64,000 nucleotides of DNA. Source: Octopus vulgaris. Its lineage: Eukaryota. Of the stretch, positions 41,201 through 56,745 are shown piece after piece. The first letter of the stretch is position 1, and every line of letters starts with the position of its first letter. Both the position numbers and the translations under genes were made by a program. The notes below the pieces were generated by a model. It was not told the DNA's origin. It saw only the letters and a list, made by a program, of their open reading frames with translations, and made no database searches. The DNA lies in NCBI GenBank assembly GCA_951406725.2, contig OX597826.1, positions 19,406,001 to 19,470,000 of the forward strand, in the 5' to 3' direction.

Positions 41201-41870
41201 ATATATTTATTTCTGGGGGCACCTCCCCAATTTTTATTTTTGTCACGCTCCGACCAAGATATATCGACGCGAGCAAGAATTTCTCCGTTCTTAGAGACTT
41301 TGTGGAATGCTGTCTTGCTGCTGCGTCTGATGCAAAACACACTTCCACAGAACCGTTACATGCTTTGTCTGAGTATTATTTCGAGCTGCTGTTGAGGGGC
41401 TTGTTCCACTCATTTTTTTCTCTTTATATTTAGGCATTTATATATGACTGTCTTTCTGTTCGTTTCTCTTATTAATTCATTAGGCGTGTTTAGAAGTACA
41501 CCGTTTCCATTTCTTGTTAACGGGTCCTTTGCGCTTTTTATTTGATCCAATGTGAGATTGAGTTTTTCCTTCACTTGTCTCGTGTGCGTCATGTTTGTCT
41601 TTTGTGCAGGCGTCAGTATTTTTTCTTTTCTTTGTTTTTTCTTTTGGTTTGACTTTTCTACGTCGTCTTTGTTCATGGTGATGGTGGTGGTGTTAGTGGT
41701 GGTGATGTTGGAAGAATTTTCTTCTTTCTTTTTCTGTATGTTTTCTGTGTTGCAGACGTGTTTAGAGGTGGAAAATCAACAGAGTATCGGTTGTTATGAT
41801 AGCGACTGCTACTCCCTTTGACAGCGGCATCCATCTTGCATTTCGTCAAAACGAAAACCAAAGATACATT
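38280..41870 (-). mobile_element. L1/Tx1-like LINE (ORF1 plus APE-RT), degenerate
   Basis: ORF1 includes the VEGRRPR knuckle region. APE motifs are GGTAVLF, LVGDRNAVLD and TDHKF, followed by PGYWKLN. RT motifs are LDQSKAFNRVDH, SVRQWCPLSSLLY and AYGDDVT. Confidence 0.88.
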
Positions 41871-42074
41871 TTAAAAGGACTAAAATGTCAAAAATTGCTT
41901 CTAAATGGGCAAACTTTCAACAACGAACTCTTCTAGTTAACTAGAAAGGGTCACAATCTTTAACAAATTCAACAAAGCAGAGATATAACCATCAAAAATT
42001 GACAACAAAATTTCCAACTTACGCAGCCCACAAAAATACATCTACACTCGCCGACAACAACAATAATAATAAAT

Positions 42075-43420
42075 TCTTTTTTGACCCCAAGGGCTAGCAT
42101 AAAAGCAACACGAAATAACAAATCAGGACGATACAAAGGGCTTCAGAACGTGTAAATAAAATTACAAAGAAAAATAAATAAAACTCCGAATAGGGGGAGG
42201 CGCTTTAAGGCTACTCGTGGAAAAACCCACAAAAGCTACGGGTACCCTCCTTTTATTTTTCACAGGCGCATGCTCAAAATGGATCCTTTCACACTGGCTA
42301 TTTTCCCGACATTCACCCACCTTTCAACAAATTTGCTACACTTCCCTCTCACCCTCACTTTCCTTTTCAAGTGAAACTTGAAAAAGTTGATGTGGGCTTG
42401 GCGAAAGAGGAAAGTGTCTGTCTTTAGACCTTTCAAACGGGTCCACCACACTACCTCTTTTGCTACAGCCACAAGACGAATAAAAATTGCTTGCCCCTCC
42501 CGCTAAAGGGGGGAGGTGGGGCTATCTTCGCTATGGATTCAGCTGATAGCCAGATCCGTCCTACACGCGACAGCAGCAGGTCGACATTGATAAAAATAAT
42601 AATAATAATAATTTCTTCATTAACCTCAAAGGGTTTACATAAAAAAAAATTAATGGACAATACAGAACAAATATAATGTGGGATTACATGAAAGTCGTGT
42701 AAACAATTAAAAAACACAACAATTGAATATAACAACAACATTCCCCCAAAGAGAGAGACCACTTAGGACTGCACGTGAAAACTCCACAAGTCCACAACAG
42801 TCCTGACCACCAGAGTAAGTGCCCTTTCTACTTTGTCAACAGGCACATGCATAGAGTAGGTCCATTCACTCGGTCCATTCTTGCGACATTCACCCACTTT
42901 TTAGCAAAATTACTGGTGGGAGGTGGGGGGGGGACAGAACTTCCCTCTCCACCCTCACTTTCCTTTGCAAGAGGCCAAAGAGGAAAGTATCTGTCTTTAG
43001 TCTTTTCAATCTGGTCCACCACACAACCTCTTTCGCTAAGGTTACAAGGCAAAGAAAAACAGCCTGCCTTTCCCGGCCAAAGGAAGGCAGTGAGACTATC
43101 TTCACAATGGACTCAGCTGATAGCCGGATCGTCCTACATGCAACAGTAGGTGTTCGACATAAACCTACAAGTCAGAAATACTCGGGCACTGGATGAGAGC
43201 GTGATCTAAGCATTCGCTACCTCTGCCCCACCTTTCAGAGATAGCTTTCTCTCAGCCCATTTCTGAGTGAGATTGGTCCACCCCGCTCGCCACCACATCA
43301 CCTGGTGATCTGGATGGAACCAGACCCTGAGAAATTTAACCAGTCCTTCTGTCCAGCATCCCACGACGCTGTCTGAAGACATGGGCCTGCCTCTCCAGGT
43401 GCGGAGCTGCAGACCCACTG
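42075..43420 (-). mobile_element. two additional tandem 3' ends of the same L1/Tx1-like family
   Basis: AKEVVWWTRLK.LKTDTFLF...KVRV...WVNV occurs at 42260-42472 and 42830-43105. Each is followed on the minus strand by a UTR and (TTA)n. Confidence 0.8.
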
Positions 43421-43425
43421 AAAAG

Positions 43426-43605
43426 GTGGCCGACAGCTCCAGGCACAAAGGCATAAAACCCAGTTTAGTACAGCTGCACAAAACAGTGTTATTAGGGACA
43501 GCTAGGGTACTTAGGAGGGTTCTTGGCATCTAAGGTTACTTGTTGTAGCCCGATGATAGGATTTTTTTTCTTTTCCAACAGTCTAATCTGTTGTGTGTAT
43601 ATGAA

Positions 43606-43679
<74 letters not shown>
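43426..43679 (+). mobile_element. R4/Dong-like extreme 3' end plus (AAT)n
   Basis: LVQLHKTVLLGTARVLRRVLGI*, a short UTR, then (AAT)n at 43607-43679. Confidence 0.75.
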
Positions 43680-43683
<4 letters not shown>

Positions 43684-43685
43684 TA

Positions 43686-44159
43686 CCATGGTGCAGTACT
43701 AGGCACTGGCTCTCATAGCTTCTGATCTTAACTGATTGGAAGTGTTATCATGTACATTGTTTTGTCATGGTATAAAAGGTGGGCTATAGCAAATATTCTG
43801 CTCAATACCACAGATTTGTTTGTCAGTTGAGCCACATCTTTGGTGGCTGACGATATGTGCATCTCTGATCACGAGCAGAAGTAGTGGGTGAGCATTATGG
43901 CCACGTGTTGAGAAGACTTCTTTGGAGTTTGGATAACTCTGGAAACGTGAGTGTTAAGGACCATTTGTGCGGGATGGGCTACTCGACCTGAAGAAAATTT
44001 TAACTGGGCCCCACCTGCAAGGTGTTTAATCTTGATATGAAATCACCATGTCGCACACATATAATTGTGATGCATGTGCCTTGTGCACTGTTATCAGACG
44101 GGTAGTCATTATGGGTATACTGGGCTTCGTATATTTTACCCCAGTGTCACTGCTCTCTC

Positions 44160-44163
<4 letters not shown>
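43686..44163 (+). mobile_element. ~470-bp non-coding element embedded in AAT/ATT repeats (copy 1)
   Basis: It is colinear with 56744-57203, and its right end matches the 98-bp array unit. The strand is inferred. Confidence 0.8.
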
Positions 44164-44214
<51 letters not shown>

Positions 44215-44220
44215 AATAAC

Positions 44221-44258
<38 letters not shown>

Positions 44259-44321
44259 TGATGATAATAATAATAACAACAACAACAACAACAACAGCAA
44301 CAACAATAATAATAATAATAA

Positions 44322-45330
44322 TGTATGTAAACAGGAAAGGAGGTCGGGGATTGGTGCATTGTGAAGGTTGTGTAAGGGTATAGGAGAATAGCCTGGCTTG
44401 GTATGTCAAGAAGAAACGATTGAAGCAGTGAATATGCAGGGAACCTTAAAAATGAACGAAGCCGTAGATCCACCACAATTTAAGAAAGACCGGAGAGAGC
44501 AGATGAAGAAAATTTGGAGGACAAGAAAATGCACAGTGAGTTCTTGAAGAATAAAGATGAGATTGATTGGAATAGAACCTGACAATGGCTACAGAAAGGA
44601 GACTTAAAAGGGCCCACTGAGGCATTAGTGTGCAGCGCCCAAGAACAAGCTCCCAGAACAAACTACTACAAATATCACATTGATAAAAGCACTGAGTCGC
44701 CACAGAGTAGGGTGTGACTCTGAGGAGGGAGAAAGTATTAGCCATATTGTTAGTGAGTGTTGTAAGCTAGCACAACGTGAATGCAAAAGGAGAGACGACG
44801 ATGTGGCCAGATATGTCCACTGGCTGTTGTGCGGTAAAGCAAACCTCAAGAGAGCCGAACAATGACGTGAACACAAGCCAGAGGGAGTAATGGAAAACTA
44901 ACATTACAAAATACTCTGGGTTTTTAACGTGCAGTGCAACCAAGCCATAGAGGCGAGATGACCAGATATCGTGCTCATCCATAAAGATGAAAAAGAAGTA
45001 AAGATAATAGATGTTACAATACCAGGCGATTCGAGAATGAAAAGTAAGGAATCAGAAAAGACTGAGAAATACCAGTCACTGCGGGGCGAGATAGGGAAGT
45101 TATGGGGCATGAGGAGAGTAATGGTGATACTGGTGGTAACTGGAGCATTAGGAGCAGTTTCCAAGGGCTTTGAAAAACATATTAAGAATATTGGAGCTGC
45201 TGTCAGGCTCAAGGTCATCCAGAAGACAGCATTGTTAGGTACAGCTCGCATTCTAAGGAGAGTATTGTCTCTTTGAGTCACAGGAGAAGGCACTACTTGA
45301 AACTTTTGGTGATTTGTTATTGCCTACTTT
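44322..45330 (+). mobile_element. 5'-truncated R4/Dong-like element (CCHC plus RLE)
   Basis: It starts right after (AAT)n. Motifs include YVNRKGGRGL, SAQEQA, SHIVSEC...VARYVHW, PDIVL..IIDVTIPGD, GALG and QKTALLGTARILRRVL*. Confidence 0.85.
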
Positions 45331-45360
45331 CAAAGAAAGAACAACCGGTAATTAAAAACT

Positions 45361-46720
<1,360 letters not shown>

Positions 46721-48330
46721 TATTGTTGATAATTTTAAATGCTATAGGGAGAACGATGGTGGTAATGATAATCACTGTGGTTATGGAGGTGACACAACGC
46801 AAGCACGTTATTTGTACATATGTGTATGTATATACATGTGCACGTATTTATACAAATAAAGAGAGGAAGAGAGAGATGGGATCTCACTAACAACTCTCAC
46901 GGGAAACCCACGAACGACTCGTGAAATCATGATGCAACACAACAATAAAAGAATTAGCGGCGAGAATGAAGCTATAGCCAATCATGGTAAGGTTTCCCGC
47001 CCGGCAGGTCCGAAACCACCCGCATTAGGGGCAGTGATCTGACCTCGGACGGTCGTTATGTCACAACGGATCACATACATGATGTGCGCAAAAACAGACA
47101 TAAGTGAACGAGCGAAGAATACGATACAATTATTGAATGTCAAGAAAGAGCAAAGAAGTCGCAGAGTAGGCCGACGTAGCTTGAAATTTTGGATGGAAAA
47201 GGACATTTGCCCAATGTCAGAAAATAAACTAAAAAAAAACAAGTGAGAGTGTTTAGGAGGAAGGGTTACTTAACAGTTGTAGAAATATCTCGGATTAGTG
47301 AGAGTCTGAAAGACCCTACGGATGGGCTACGAAGAATGGTGGGAGTTGAAAACAGACAAGAATTGAAAGCATGGAGAAGGGGAATGGTGATGAAGGCTTG
47401 AAATTTTGTGGGAGGAGTTTAATGGATAACATCGACGTCAAAGGCTAAGAGTACCTTCGGCCTTTTAGATTACCATAGTAAACTTTTTAGATGCCTTCAC
47501 AACATTGCATCATGTTTACAGCAGTGTCTAGCGATATTCGAGGATGTTGTGCTGAAAGGATTGAATGAAGAACAAATAAAATCTATGGCCTGGCACTCAG
47601 TTAACGGTATTCTCAAGGGGAAATGGAAGAACCAGCATCAGAATTGGTTTTCATATTGGTGTTCCAAGAGGCAGTGGCAAAAACGTAGCTTTTCAAGGTC
47701 ATAATCAATCATTTGCAACGAATTAACTGACAGGTTTGTTGCACAACTTGCGCAAGTAGAGCAATGACACTGTGAGCAGGAAATGGATTGTGAAAAGCTT
47801 GTTCAAGTTGCAAAATATCCACCATTTCTGATCAAACTTTCTATTTGGAAAATATGAGTTTGATTTTTCTCGATAAGCATCAACGATTTCTGTACTTGCA
47901 CTGCATGCAATTGAAAACTGCATTAAAAAAATGAAAGAAAAAAGGTATAGGAGGGGCGATGCATATCCCTGCGTGCAGATAAAGTTGTTCGCAAAGTATA
48001 GTGAGGTTTACAATGCGTTGCTTATCCATGCTTTTTAATTGAACTGAATTAAGTTTTGTATGTGTTTGACTAAAAGAAGCCTAAGAAGATGACAGCTAAA
48101 AGTAGATTTGATCAAATATAGCATAGAATTTGAAAAGTATTTTCAACGATGGCAGGCCAATCAAACGTACTAAAATTCGTTGTAGGATATAAATAATGTG
48201 ACCACTTGCTTATCGGGAAATTAGTAAGTTCGATTTAAAAAAATTTTTTTTTTTTAAGTATCACTATCATAGATATTTATACTCCGGTGAAATTTTAAAA
48301 AATCAACTCGAATCCATCGCTGTACACACA

Positions 48331-48391
<61 letters not shown>

Positions 48392-48739
48392 ACACACAGG
48401 GTTACATATGTATGTATGTAGGTAGGTATGTATGTACATATAATAATATGTACCCACACGTGTTTGCGTGCATAAGTACACCATGATCTATACACACGCA
48501 GACGAGGGTCGATTCAACTGATATATATATATATCTATATATATGTGTGTGTGTGTGTGTGTGTATTGTATCCTGTTCCGTGATGATAAGATCAACAAAC
48601 GAAGTACTTCATCTGGTGAGAAATAAATAGTATTTAATAGACATGATACATGTCTTTATGTGCTAGTAATAGATTCTTGTGCTGAGAACATGCCAATAAG
48701 ATGCATACCCTGTGTGCACATAAATTCTTTCGCAAAAAA

Positions 48740-48937
48740 TCTACACATTCAAAACATTTTGAGTCACCCGTCCACCAGTTTTGAAGATAACCAAACCAAA
48801 ATTTAATGGGTCTGAATCACTTACCGAATGAGTATTTCTGCCAAATTCGGTGAAAATCCGTTTATCCGTTTTCCAGTAACTTTGCAAACACACAGACATA
48901 CAGCCGAAGACGAGCGACTGCGCGCGCAAGGTAATAA
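48740..48937 (-). mobile_element. Helentron/Helitron-associated non-autonomous element end
   Basis: The minus strand starts TTATTACC followed by a GC hairpin, (TGTC)-like repeats and CGGATTTTCACCGAATTTGG. Confidence 0.5.
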
Positions 48938-48939
48938 CA

Positions 48940-49560
48940 GTATATTTGAAAGGATGGTTGTAGTTATGAGAGGTGATTTCAGACAAGTACTGCACAGTTT
49001 GCCAAAAGAAATACGAGAAGCAATCATCGAAAATTGTGTTAAGAAATCTCCTACATGAGAATATTTTGAAGTGTAAGCTAAACCAGAATGTGAGAGTGAC
49101 AGAAGATAAAGGAGATTTTGTCCCTTGGTGACTGCATCTTAGCAAAGGAGTTACTGGCCAAATTAATGAACCTTCTGCATCAGCTAATGTCATTGAAGTC
49201 CTTTAGATTTCATAAGTTGAGCGTTCCTTGATTGAAGATATGTTTGACAGTAAATTTCATAAAGAGAAGGAAGCCGTGCAATACCTTTACCATAGAGTTC
49301 TGAGTACTTATCAATTAATGAAAACGTATTCAATACACTTCCACGACAAATTCCTATTTATTACTGCACAGGCAAGTACTTGCTGACGACCCTGAAGAAG
49401 TGGAGCATTACTCAATTGAATTACTTCATTCATTGACGTCCTTAGAAATACTGCCTCGTATATTAGATTTCAAAGTAGACCCAATAAGAATGCTTTTGCG
49501 AAACCTTTTAATTCAAGACGAATTATGTCATGCAGCACGGCTCGAATAGCGATGCATCGA
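48940..49560 (+). pseudogene. degenerate Helitron PIF1-helicase fragment
   Basis: VVMRGDFRQVL, QNVRV, YSIELLHSLTS and an LCNGTRL-like remnant. Confidence 0.7.
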
Positions 49561-49569
49561 AATTCTATC

Positions 49570-50160
49570 AGAACTTCCTCAATAACATTTTGAACATAAC
49601 CCTGTAAGCCATTAACACAGATCTTATGGTGAAAATATTTATAATATTCATCTAATTTTTCAACTGCTTTCCATAGGACAACTTCATCAATGCTACAAGA
49701 ATCTAGGCTAACAATATTTACCAATTTATTAATTCTTTTAGTTTCTTGGGCATTATTTCTTGATTTTATAGCACCATCCATCAGTTGCAATTTCATATTT
49801 CTTATTTCTGCATCCAGTAGTTTTTGGCGAGGAACGCTTATATACTTCTGAATTTTAACAAAATCAATGGAAAAGTTGCTTCATCTGTTTTCTTTTCATG
49901 GGAAAATAGATGAAACTTTTCTACGTATATTCATTTCGAACATCTTCATTAACATTTTCATGATTTTTTCAGCTCGATGTAGATTTAAATTTCTTGTCTG
50001 AAGAGTATTTGATAGTAAAGAAAATTCTTCAAGCACATCTATCAGAGTGGCTACATTTTCTAGGAAAGATTTATGGAAAAGACGGTTAGCTACTTCTGTA
50101 TATTTCTTATCGGGAGAAACTATTCCGGCAATGCTGGATAAGCTACCATACTGCAACTGC
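49570..50160 (-). pseudogene. hAT-like transposase fragment
   Basis: FLENVATLIDVLEEFSLLSNTLQTRNLNL resembles the hAT middle-domain pattern D.L..L..LS..LQ. Confidence 0.55.
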
Positions 50161-50979
50161 TAATTTAAGGCTATAAGCAACCCGCCCAGATCTTAAAACT
50201 ATCAATTGTTAGGAATCCTAATGCAAATTGTCATTAAATTTTATTTTAAAGAGATTTACTTGTAATTTTTGACGCCGAATCTGAATTTTGTTCCAGAAAA
50301 ATTTTAGAAAAATATTAGAGAAGCTTAAAGTTTGATCGTTTTCACACAATCAGTAAACAAGATTTGGAAGCTGGTATTTTGTGCGTAATGTCTGATTAGC
50401 ACAACATTACGACAACAAACTTTTGAAGTTTTAATAAGTTTAAATGAATAAAGTCATGTGAAACATTAGAACAGGCAATATAAAAAGGAAAAAATCCACA
50501 ATGAAATTTTTGGGGGCGAAAAATTACAAAGAAAAGAAATTGTGCGTTAAATTACAAAAAAAAAAATTGTACGTTATACTACTGTAGTTTAGTTCACGTA
50601 AACAATTGATACATTTTTTTTTTGTCGCGAAAATTCAAAAACGAAAGTTCGAGATATACTTTAGGAGCTTCTCAAACAAATTACAATTTCGTATCTCCTG
50701 TGCCACATAAACTCGCATAGGACGGTGGATCCCACAACGGTGTTCATTCCCTCGTTTTACACCGACCCAGGTGCTTTCCACTCGTACTATCTTTGGAGTT
50801 AATAAACTCAACGCTGTGGTTCACCAATTTCAGGAATGTGAGAATAGGCCCTCCACAAGGCCCTAAAATTTTGGTTTCTGGAAGATCGACTGGCATTTGC
50901 ATTCCTCTAGTGTGTCGCGATTCTGATATGGCACCAAATTTGAAAAGAACTGAAGCAAAATTTTGAAATCAATTATTTA

Positions 50980-51143
50980 TCTTTTACTTATTTCAGTCAT
51001 TAGATGGCAGCCATACTGGTGCACTGCCTTCAAGAATTTTAGTCGAACGAATCAACCCGTAATTATATTTTACACCTGGTACTTATTCTATCGGTTCTTT
51101 TGCCGAACATTAATTGTCGAGAGGTGGTAGGTGACAAACACCC

Positions 51144-51199
<56 letters not shown>

Positions 51200-51201
51200 C
51201 A

Positions 51202-51238
<37 letters not shown>

Positions 51239-51366
51239 GGGCTTCTTTCAGTTTCCGTCTACTCACAAAGCTGTGGTTGATTCAAGGCAATAGTAGAAGT
51301 GGGAATGGACCCAGAACCATATGGTTGGGAAGCAAACTTCTTACCGCACAGTCACGCCAGCACCTA
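50980..51366 (-). mobile_element. degenerate OR2-like SINE
   Basis: Tail, core and head remnants. Confidence 0.75.
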
Positions 51367-51842
51367 ATGACTGTAATTAATTTTTTATAAGTTACCTAAA
51401 GAGATTTATTTTAATTTTATTTCTTTATTTATTTCAGTATTTCAAGTAAATTAAGGACCGGTTCTGTAAATATGTGGGGTTTTATTTATTGGTTTGCGCG
51501 AACCACAGCGAACCGCTTCAATCGCAACTCTGATAATATATTCTCTCGATCCAAAATAGTTTTCAACCTAAACGAATTACTTCTCGTTCTCTTGAAGTTT
51601 CTATATTTATATAACGTAAACAATATACAATTCTCAGTGGTAACAATAAAGCTGCTAAAATGGATACAGAATTTCGAAGGATTACTTTGTTCCAATGGTA
51701 GAACGACTATCATGTTTACAGATGTAGGCTCAAGTCCCACTGGCAGCCTTCAACTGTTTCTAATCAAAAAGGGCTTTTAGCCCAGTGTTTACATGCTGTT
51801 ATTTACAGTTATATCTACTTCGAGTTCTACAGATAAGAACTA

Positions 51843-51955
<113 letters not shown>

Positions 51956-52644
51956 GTGTGTGTAAGAGAGAAACGAAAATGAGCTAAGAAAAATAACTGC
52001 ATTATTGCATGAATTATTGAACAATAAAAGCGAATAAGGGGATATTAAATACCATACATGATAGCTCGATGGTTTATTGAAATTATCTTTGTTTCCAGAG
52101 AGGTTAAGACTTGAGGAGGGGAATCTGCTGCCTTCTGAATGCTACCAGATTACGTCGGCAAAATATCTTGTTTCTATTAATATTTTAGCACTTAGACCTA
52201 AAATGAACACACTTAAAATAAACATGAAATACTAGGTGAGTAAGAGTGGATTAATGATGTCATTTTTCTCGGCTTGACATTTAATAAGCTTATTACTTAG
52301 CTCCAAATGCAACTCTAGAATACGTTGGCGTGCATTAACTCCCCCGCCTTACTGGTACCCCTCTAAATGACTCAAATGATTTGAATGATGGATGTTATTT
52401 TACAATTATAATGGCTACTTTATTAAACACCCGGAATTGGCAGAAAAATAAGTAATGACATCAAAAAGTAATAAATGAAAACATTAATAGAGCAAATAGC
52501 ACCCTGTAGTAACCGGGCTACTAATCCGGTATTATAAGTGTTTCGTCAACTTCTGACAGGGATGTATGTGACTTTCTCTTAAAAGTGACAATAGTTTACA
52601 CAGCATCATCGCAGACTCGCATTTGTTTGATTGTTTAAGGAAAC

Positions 52645-53250
52645 AATTATGTCAGAAAAAGACCAATAGAAGGTTGCAGGATGAAAACAGGGGTTTTAAT
52701 TGGGATTAGGAGCTGTGGTATTACTTTGTGCTTTCGCAAGATAAGATGATTTGTTAGCTTTGTGATATTGTGATAACGACATTAACGGAGGTTAACGCTC
52801 GTCAGCACTGTACGACTCATGAAAATAATAAATATTTTAAATAAGAGGGAGAGGCACGAAAGGTTGCACAGCAAAAATGAAAAAAATGTAAAACAAAAGC
52901 AAAGACAGCTATTTCAGTCTGTAGCGAAATCTGCAAGTAATGTCACAGAAGTAACTTATAAAGTTGCTTATTTAGTGGGGGGAGGGGGAGATAAGCCTTT
53001 CAGCGATGTGGAAATTGTGAAAGAGTGTGTTGTTAAAGCTGCAGGATACTTAGACCCCGATAAGGTCTCGAAGTATAAACAATGACCTCTTTCAAGGAAA
53101 ACCATAACTGATTGGGGGCGTGAATTTAGCCCTCAGTGTAAGAGAACAACTTCACACTATACTTCAAAAGGAAAATCTATATAATTCAACTGATACTACT
53201 AACATGGCGCGAGTTTTATACGCGTTAAAGAAGAGCTGTGAAAATAAACT
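52645..53250 (+). pseudogene. hAT (Charlie/SPIN/GTF2IRD2-like) transposase N-terminal fragment
   Basis: ENRGF...YYFV..MIC*LC...RQHC.TH, YKVAYL..KPFSDVEIVKECV and LSRKTI. Confidence 0.8.
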
Positions 53251-53679
53251 TGCTCCCTGCTGAAGATCCAAACTCCATCGTGCAAACCCATCTCACTAAA
53301 GAAAATTGCAGGAAAGGCTTCCTTGAATAACTGACAGTGGGCTCCAGGAAAGAGGTATAAATTGGATGCGCTTTGCTGGTTTGGCAAGTAGTCTGTTTGA
53401 GTAATTTAAAGCATCCAATCGGCACGAACAGATATGGTCATGTGACCACGTAAAAAACAGGCAAAATACACCAATTGCCAACCATTTAAGACTAGATAGC
53501 TAAATAATAAGCAAGTATCCGCTACAGCTACCCTCCGGCCAGAATAATGACTGCGAGGGAAAGATTCGAAAACAACAAGAAAAACTGTAGCAAGGGGGAA
53601 AAAGGCATACAACAAATGGACAGAACAAAAATATATAAAAAGGACATGCAACGAGAGAGACAAAAGCATGAGCAAAACA

Positions 53680-55050
53680 GCGTGCATTAAAAACGCACAA
53701 TACATTAACTGCTATGAAAAATAGCCAAAAGTTTGTAAATACAGTTGAAAACTGTTGTAAAAAAGTTCTGACATTTCGAGGTGCAAATCTTTAGAAAGGC
53801 GTAAAAGAAAGTGAGTCCAACGATGTGAAAATGTGAAAAATTCATGATCTGTCCACGAAATGCTGTAAGAGCTAGTACAAAAATGATCGTGAGTAAGCTA
53901 GACTTGGGATGGTGGAAACGACGGTCAGCAATAAACATTGTGACAAAGAAGGATATTGAAATCCGCTGGTTGACGTAGTTGCTGCGAAAAAGGATGTTGA
54001 ATGGCGGTAAAAATGGGATGCGAAGTTCCCAAGATGTAGGCGAGTTGAAATAAAAATCGTTGCATACGGAGGAAAAAAATCTGCTGGAATCGATGGTGAA
54101 GAGATGCTGGAATCCAAAATGGCGAAGGACGAGCGCTCGTGAAATTCGAATGGCGCGAGTAGAGAGGTGATGTTGTGTTAAGATGACAAATGAAGATCCC
54201 AAAAGTGGCGGTAGCGGCCATGACAGGACGTCGAGCTGAACATTGTTGCAAAGCTGAAGTACCATAGAGAAAGCGTTGCCTCAAGATGAATGTGAGCGAA
54301 AAAGGCGGCAAACTGCCGAATCCGAGTTAAAAGATTTTAACTTCTTGTAATCTCTGACAAACGGAGCTGAAGAACAGTGACCAAGAATGAAATGAAAAAG
54401 TGCCGAGCAAGTGAAAAGAAAAAATCAAAGTTTCTCCATTCTCCGGCCGTGAGAAACAGGAAAATGACTTTTCATGCAGAAGCAAAAATTCACAATACCA
54501 GTTGTAACCAAGGAGTGGCCAAATTGAAACGTGGCAGCGCGAACAGCAGATAAAAAGAAGAATGAACTTGGCACGGCAGTGGATCAAAACGAAGAAATAC
54601 TGTACAAAAGAAGGCACCAAAACAGTTGCGTACTTAGTTGAGAAATACTGTCGAGCTATTTAGAGTAAGCAGACGACACTGTAGAGGCATGAAAATGTGG
54701 TAGGAGTAGTCAGAGTCTGAAAGTAAAACGACGTCACGCAAGCAGACATGAATATAGAAAATGGCTTTAAAACTTTAACCATGAAGTTTCCCGAGTAGAA
54801 ACATCTCTAGAAGAACTGTAGAGTAGAGGTTCGACAAGTAATTCAGAGATGTAGAGAATTTTGCCGGTAAAAAATATTCATCTTCCACGTAGAAACAATA
54901 AGGTGGTAGCAAAATGAAATTAATTCGTCGCTTGAAACAGTAAATCATGTCAGGATCGCCAGTTTTAAAGGTTGATGGTTGAGTTGACAAATAATGCTGG
55001 CTTGAGTAAGGCTGCGTGTATAGATAAAGGAAGACGAGGAAACTAGGATT
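53680..55050 (-). mobile_element. degenerate APE-type LINE 5' region (CR1/Jockey-like, uncertain)
   Basis: Minus-strand FYR, DFNI, RFHHP.SSLL and DH remnants occur in APE order. Confidence 0.4.
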
Positions 55051-55437
55051 AAGCGCGACGATTTATTTTGTTTTTGTCGTATAAACACTCATACACGCAC
55101 GCGCACACACACACACACACACACGCGCGCGCGCGCGATTGGCTCCGCAAAGTTTTCGACTACCAAATTCACTGCCAATGCTTTGGTTGGCCTGGGGCTA
55201 TACTAGAAATCACTTGCACTAGGTGTCGCACAAACGAACTTCTCCCGAAACAACGTGGTCACAAAGCAAGCACATACACATGTGTATGTATGTATGTGTG
55301 TGTGTGTTGGTGCAAACAGAAATCGTAGAACTCAAAATGTTTATGCGTTTATTTTATTAATATTTAGCAGAAATAACAGACTTAAGGGTCGAAAGTATCG
55401 TGCGAACGCACAAAACTCTCGGACCCTGAGTTTGTTA

Positions 55438-55505
<68 letters not shown>

Positions 55506-56686
55506 TGTGTGTGTACATATATACATACATACAAACATAATAACACTCGCATTCGTGCGCGCATGTAAACAATGAGCATATGTCAAATTGTGAGGAAGAA
55601 AGCAACAGTGTTACCAACAGACGAAAATATTCTAGCGGAATTACAAAATAGTAAAGGGAAAGCAGGCTGTCTAATTATAGCTGGCGAAGTATGCAAGTAT
55701 ATAGACGTAGTTACTGAGGTACAAAATAAATACTTTGAATTAATATCTTAAATAAAAGACCTTATAAAATTGGTTTGAATTTATTTGAAATATTTGGCTC
55801 TATAAACCTAATCATTACTTTTTGCTTGAAACTTTATAAGAAATTAATCTAGCTTGCTGCATGATTACAGAATGTTAATAACTTATCCCAGACATATTTT
55901 TTGCTAGATGTTTAGTAGTTTATATACGACTGCTGGCGTGTTCATTATACAGAGGTCCGCTTCTGCTGAGCACTTACTCAGGTCCTATGACCTTCATACT
56001 TGCGTATCCATCCGATGGCTTGCTAAAGTCTCTAGTAATACATGGGATGTACACACGAAATCAGCTCAGTAGTCAAATTTGACTTCTTTTTCACTATTAC
56101 ATGCACTCACGCAGTTACAACAAATGTATCTCATATGTGATATTTAATTTTACGGGGTGGGTTTTCCGATATATTTTACTTTAGAACCCTTTGAGAATGC
56201 TGACCAAAATCAAACTTTGGGGTTGTCCAAAAGTTTTGTTTTGTGTAGTTAAAAGATCACAGAAAACTACAATCCAAAGAAGCGAATAGGAATCTGTTGC
56301 AGTGAGTTTTCACAACAGATGAGTGGTCAGAATGGGACATGTGTGCAATAAATACTTTCAAGTGGCAACAAAACGCCAATGTTAGTCATAGACAAACGTC
56401 AATTTCAATTGAAATACCTTTCTTTATTGGAGATATCTTGATGCTGGTAAATCATTAGTGGAGGACATATGCATTATATTTAGTCACGTAAAACACTTTG
56501 GATTACATAAAACGGTTGAAAATTCTTACTTGCAATATATTCTTAGATCGTGACATTAAAAAATGAAGCAACAGTTTTTACATTTCAATGTGTAACTACG
56601 TTTATAAGAGATGCATGGTTAGACGGGAAATGCTCATGTGTTAGTGTTAGGAATCTGATACAAATAATTGAATAGGCCGAATAATC

Positions 56687-56743
<57 letters not shown>

Positions 56744-56745
<2 letters not shown>

